Assembly (NCBI GenBank): GCA_965601925.1 | Contig: OZ271854.1 | Location: 4,096,001 to 4,160,000, forward strand | DNA from: Alkalispirochaeta sp. | GTDB lineage: Bacteria; Spirochaetota; Spirochaetia; DSM-27196; Alkalispirochaetaceae | DNA length: 64,000 bases | Direction: 5' to 3' | Shown: positions 62,401 through 64,000 of the stretch, piece by piece | Layout of the letters: each line of letters opens with the position of its first letter | How positions within the stretch are numbered: position 1 is the stretch's first letter | The notes under the pieces: model-generated | Told to the model about the DNA's origin: nothing | The model's database searches: none | What the model saw: only the letters and a program-made list of their open reading frames with translations | Position numbers and translations under genes: made by a program

Positions 62401-64000
62401 ACCAGGTCCGCCACCGCCGTGGGAATGTCGTCCATCGCCACCAGCTCTTCGTAGATATCCCGCAACGTCGCAATGGACGGAACGGTGTCTCCCGTGGTGA
62501 TCGGCGCCACGATCGCCGTTACCGTCGCCGCGTAGACGGCCATTCGCGTCCCGATCGTGGTGATCGAGACCTCCCGATACGCCTCCCACGCGTCCCGTAA
62601 CGCCTCGGCGTCGGCGAGTGCCGTCACCTCGTCGCGAAGCAGATCGTCCACGAGTCCCGCGTAGTCGACGCCGAAGTCCGTATCCCGCTCTCCGGTCTCA
62701 AAGACGATCCGCGCCGCTCCCGCCGCATCGCTCCCGTCCGAAAGCGCATCCACGTCGATCGTCACCAGAGACGGGTCAAAGACCACATACGCCACCCCCG
62801 GCGGCGGCGTGCCCGCTCCCGTGTCGTCGGTCATGATATAGACCGTGCCGATCGCCGGATCCGCGGGGATCTCGCTCGCATCGGCTACCGTCACCACCGT
62901 CGGCTCCGTCGGCGCACTCAGGCCCGCGTCCACGGCCGCCGTCACCGCCGCCGCGTAAGCACTCGTCACCGCCGTATCTCGCGCCGCATCGATCATCGCG
63001 GCCTCCGCCGCCACCAAGGTGTCGTAGTGTCCTTGGATCGCGTCGCGCGCCGCCTCTCGCGCCGCGTCCAGAGCCGTGTAGGCCGCCGTCACCGCCGTGG
63101 TGTGGCCGTCCCCGATCACCGCGATCTCATCCGCGCTCGCCCATCCCGCCTCGTCGGTCACCACCGTGCCGCGCAATACGCGGATCGCGTACTCGCTCCG
63201 CGCCACATCCCGTGCCGCCGCCGCGGTCGCATCCGCCAGCAGCCGTTCCGCCGCCAGCTCGCGCAGCCGTCGTTCCGGTGTCCCCGTCCCCACCGCCGTC
63301 GCCGCATCGATCGCCGCCACCAGGTCCGCATACCGTCCCGTCTCGATATCGAGTCCCGCCGCCGCCAAGGTCAGTCCCAGCTCCTCGGCGTCCACCGTCG
63401 CCCAATCGATCGCGAGCCCCGCGAGTACATCTCGGTGCGCGATCAGCGTCGGAAGGTCGACGTACTCGTCGCTCTCCGCATCGTCACTCCCGGCAAGGTC
63501 ATGGGCGATCGAGAGCGCGTCCTCCCACGCCGTCGCCACGTGCGCATCCGCGTCGGCTCTCGCATACGCCTCCGCATTCGCCGCACGCCCTTCGCCGGCG
63601 TGCGTCGTAACGTGATCGGAGAGGGTGCGAATCAACGTGTCGTAGACGCTCGCGTCGTTTAACCGCTGCACCTCTTCCGCCGCCGCAAGCTCCGCGGTAA
63701 TCCGTCGCAGCTCCGCCTCCTCGATCGAGAGCGCCGCCTGCCGGTCCGCCAACGCCGCCTGGGCGTCGGGTAACAGCGTCCGCGTCATCGTCTCCAAGGT
63801 CGCGATCGCCTCGGCAAACGCCGCCTCCGCCGCCTCGAACGCCGCCCGCTCCACAGCATAGCGCGCCTCGGTCTCGGCCAACGTCGCGCGGTCCGAGGAG
63901 GTATCCGCCGCGTATGCGGCCACCGCCTCGGCAATGGCGTGCTGATCCTCCAGCGCGGCGACCATGCCCGCCAGTCGCGCCGCCTCCACCTCGCCGGAGC
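56466..64000 (-). CDS. Giant polymorphic-toxin-like protein (5' end outside the window) with a C-terminal M23 peptidase
   Basis: >2507 aa open frame; Ala/Glu/Asp/Thr-rich helical trunk, Gly/Ala-rich region, HEGTH, DNWKL; M23 motifs HTGVD, YLHL, GLSGNTG, HLH, YDP. Confidence 0.88.
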   Translation of the reverse strand, partial: SGEVEAARLAGMVAALEDQHAIAEAVAAYAADTSSDRATLAETEARYAVERAAFEAAEAAFAEAIATLETMTRTLLPDAQAALADRQAALSIEEAELRRITAELAAAEEVQRLNDASVYDTLIRTLSDHVTTHAGEGRAANAEAYARADADAHVATAWEDALSIAHDLAGSDDAESDEYVDLPTLIAHRDVLAGLAIDWATVDAEELGLTLAAAGLDIETGRYADLVAAIDAATAVGTGTPERRLRELAAERLLADATAAAARDVARSEYAIRVLRGTVVTDEAGWASADEIAVIGDGHTTAVTAAYTALDAAREAARDAIQGHYDTLVAAEAAMIDAARDTAVTSAYAAAVTAAVDAGLSAPTEPTVVTVADASEIPADPAIGTVYIMTDDTGAGTPPPGVAYVVFDPSLVTIDVDALSDGSDAAGAARIVFETGERDTDFGVDYAGLVDDLLRDEVTALADAEALRDAWEAYREVSITTIGTRMAVYAATVTAIVAPITTGDTVPSIATLRDIYEELVAMDDIPTAVADLVTVYTRARIAELGGSVSFVGPVENRERAEVLAAALEVLEDPDASTDDRDAAAAAVGGSADDAGVGALRSEYEGLTKANAGAAWLRHLVDEAGDTSYHTLTSPTTTGGIASAPIKGLIGEAIAALTTSSRDEIVELVTDGAAGSARSGARTTFLGAESTYLGTLGDLDAARATQADFEADAAQFATNTIAPLKEDIKTQRGRVDDARREYEEAIRAFDEAVTDYAAAASGVDTARGAYTAARRELQEAEEIMDYARTGYLTDEIDPAAVVLRRSEELERARTALRLVEEHAERVTDASRDQRYEDLIAEEREAMLTYQEAAVVRETLAVKTSGAEGALAASQMEVARTAHQLVYGADYTFAPDYDAIGTGRISGNSERFQTAGYFSGDWQEAFSTDLGAWIRTMNQLGGGVYRDIGLALYYDLYFAGVHPEDDYAVTKAPIYNNQTFNNLLGKIGWSQGSVDSRVRNDLEAAHHRVHGNSLALGAYRFFSMVVVHGGENVSFAADHVTWVADDVSHIAREYVDDRARDKQRDYMRLRRIFKRRRGKRIRSLRRQLPNYSGADERTVSMELFGEGTTALDDQNTKAAELRVLAGKRPTAAEVRTSLTASGTGAISAELSAMIAEVVSGGSASERATSLSVLAAAEARLASDVHTAGTAVADRIAELATVQQNDQISYETVLGRYLRGEEVTEAELETVTRTRFADPAYDIADHMAYRQGSMEAVLIRRGTTGAPTGALATFNDEARAFQLELIAAHIHDAAGMRLGGVHTAQSHRLTMEYETLMRREDDWTVRMNSLVATGLTEWQAGSVRLAGQRKRFQEETQEAYAEAVAVWNARYDRMTQSRTEWIERTTQHAVRAGSEATARQVGLDAERLIAESEAIAVPDLDIEVGNLEHTVREATDGRMLSTIVREAGRIADRAGGSPIVAAYLPRVRSTTQSARSARALSDELGEEIQRRAMRVTALQMREQIREGINAATDGIDDANRNMAGSIEDTFEREGYRLSGREWSRRIIIDETLFGGIERETQRVEDYRYFTSPVFAPQVDLSEESLDGLSSRGIQTMIAAAYEEMERYQILIFGRNDDQKDEGTGAISIEELNGELKERFAAATASWEAAAGYHRTRENEESGEEEYLHHDTEGLFNFHVGYAPIMRSDNPERVQEAGHGEMGRIMEAFMKNEGRLGRGLAAMEVPLYRQRFWDDDANNDGRPDGLLGAPTVTMVYDIKFAIAASVVGGAVTAVAGNAAGAAVSTAISMTDDAIFTSLDVAVGAQDADDAWEAFGKKAAATLMTNLISGGLGEVVNVGSTLVGQAAMAGMQYAASTTTSAAINSLEWNSDSFFDIDFNTDTFQDATMSDDALAGLAGAVVGAGVTGGLGDFLGSDGTGVALNSEVFDTDAITSFSSLAGNAAKMGVDYAWTGDTTANLVNLSMLGIEYETGDGPGILSQGLLEFNIGGDGPAFNVGSGGTSFDVGSIATAMGGMSDIARIGSAKIGGALGTKRGIESRGDLNLVNYNAIAGNLALATGVWNKDIQTRYEDLDEGHYGYYNHGADPTTIVMNRDLLANDKETAAMLASVAAHEGTHLFDRMLTGETTEANAHLVGDAVYNNVVAALELEGNAAFEQSIEDALADGRSYLPNQGPVDNWKLMEDGSLVMTEDGWLKDSNGNYILDDDGNRIGAEGIQGGLQNILGIGAAEAAELLRGEEFELRGEGVWWNHEGNAGRSIGLDNERYAAIYNERLAGHNTLNIYNDLVARGLMDVERPVVLGPETDYWDGRQPEVDVISYEQWKEQNFITGETNLQVNNIMAGSEVTAIFGATGSYSANPHTGVDFAVPAGTPVHSMFGGNTRFNNFGDDLNVAAGLFQETRTDVTYTFKGEPRTDSILTRYLHLESRNENLADGQLVFGNTQLGLSGNTGVWPGVSPYGNHLHVDITTQQRSPLVDSLMSNANQRLPRGTGYRYDPFIFLDPTEYTFHLDAHIYGN

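Overview
High-GC bacterial window, probably from a spirochaete (inferred from the many lipoproteins, the MCP and the Treponema/Leptospira-type lipoprotein domains). It has four parts. (1) 1-9.6 kb and 20.8-41 kb: metabolic and regulatory genes (alkaline phosphatase, DEAD-box helicase, MATE/MFS transporters, dehydrogenases, an ECF sigma/YciI pair) mixed with many pseudogenes showing internal deletions, nonsense codons and a truA frameshift. (2) About 9-18.7 kb: a defence island with an EVE-PD-(D/E)XK nuclease, a type I R-M system and a PLD-family protein. (3) 23.4-25.2 kb: an AT-richer cassette encoding a NasP-like cNMP-domain N-acyl amino acid synthase and a SAM methyltransferase. (4) 46.6-64 kb, minus strand, the most notable part: a polymorphic-toxin-like locus with no Rhs or CDI hallmarks in the visible part. 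A giant (>2500 aa, 5'-truncated) helical protein ends in an M23 peptidase tip. It is followed by orphan C-terminal cassettes with different, apparently cell-wall-directed tips (LysM+HExxH; Tlde1/YkuD-like), each paired with an exported immunity-like gene. The array is punctuated by three diverged copies of a 230-420 bp hairpin-rich element, two of them fused directly and in frame to orphan cassettes. All calls come from reading the sequence; no database searches were run.
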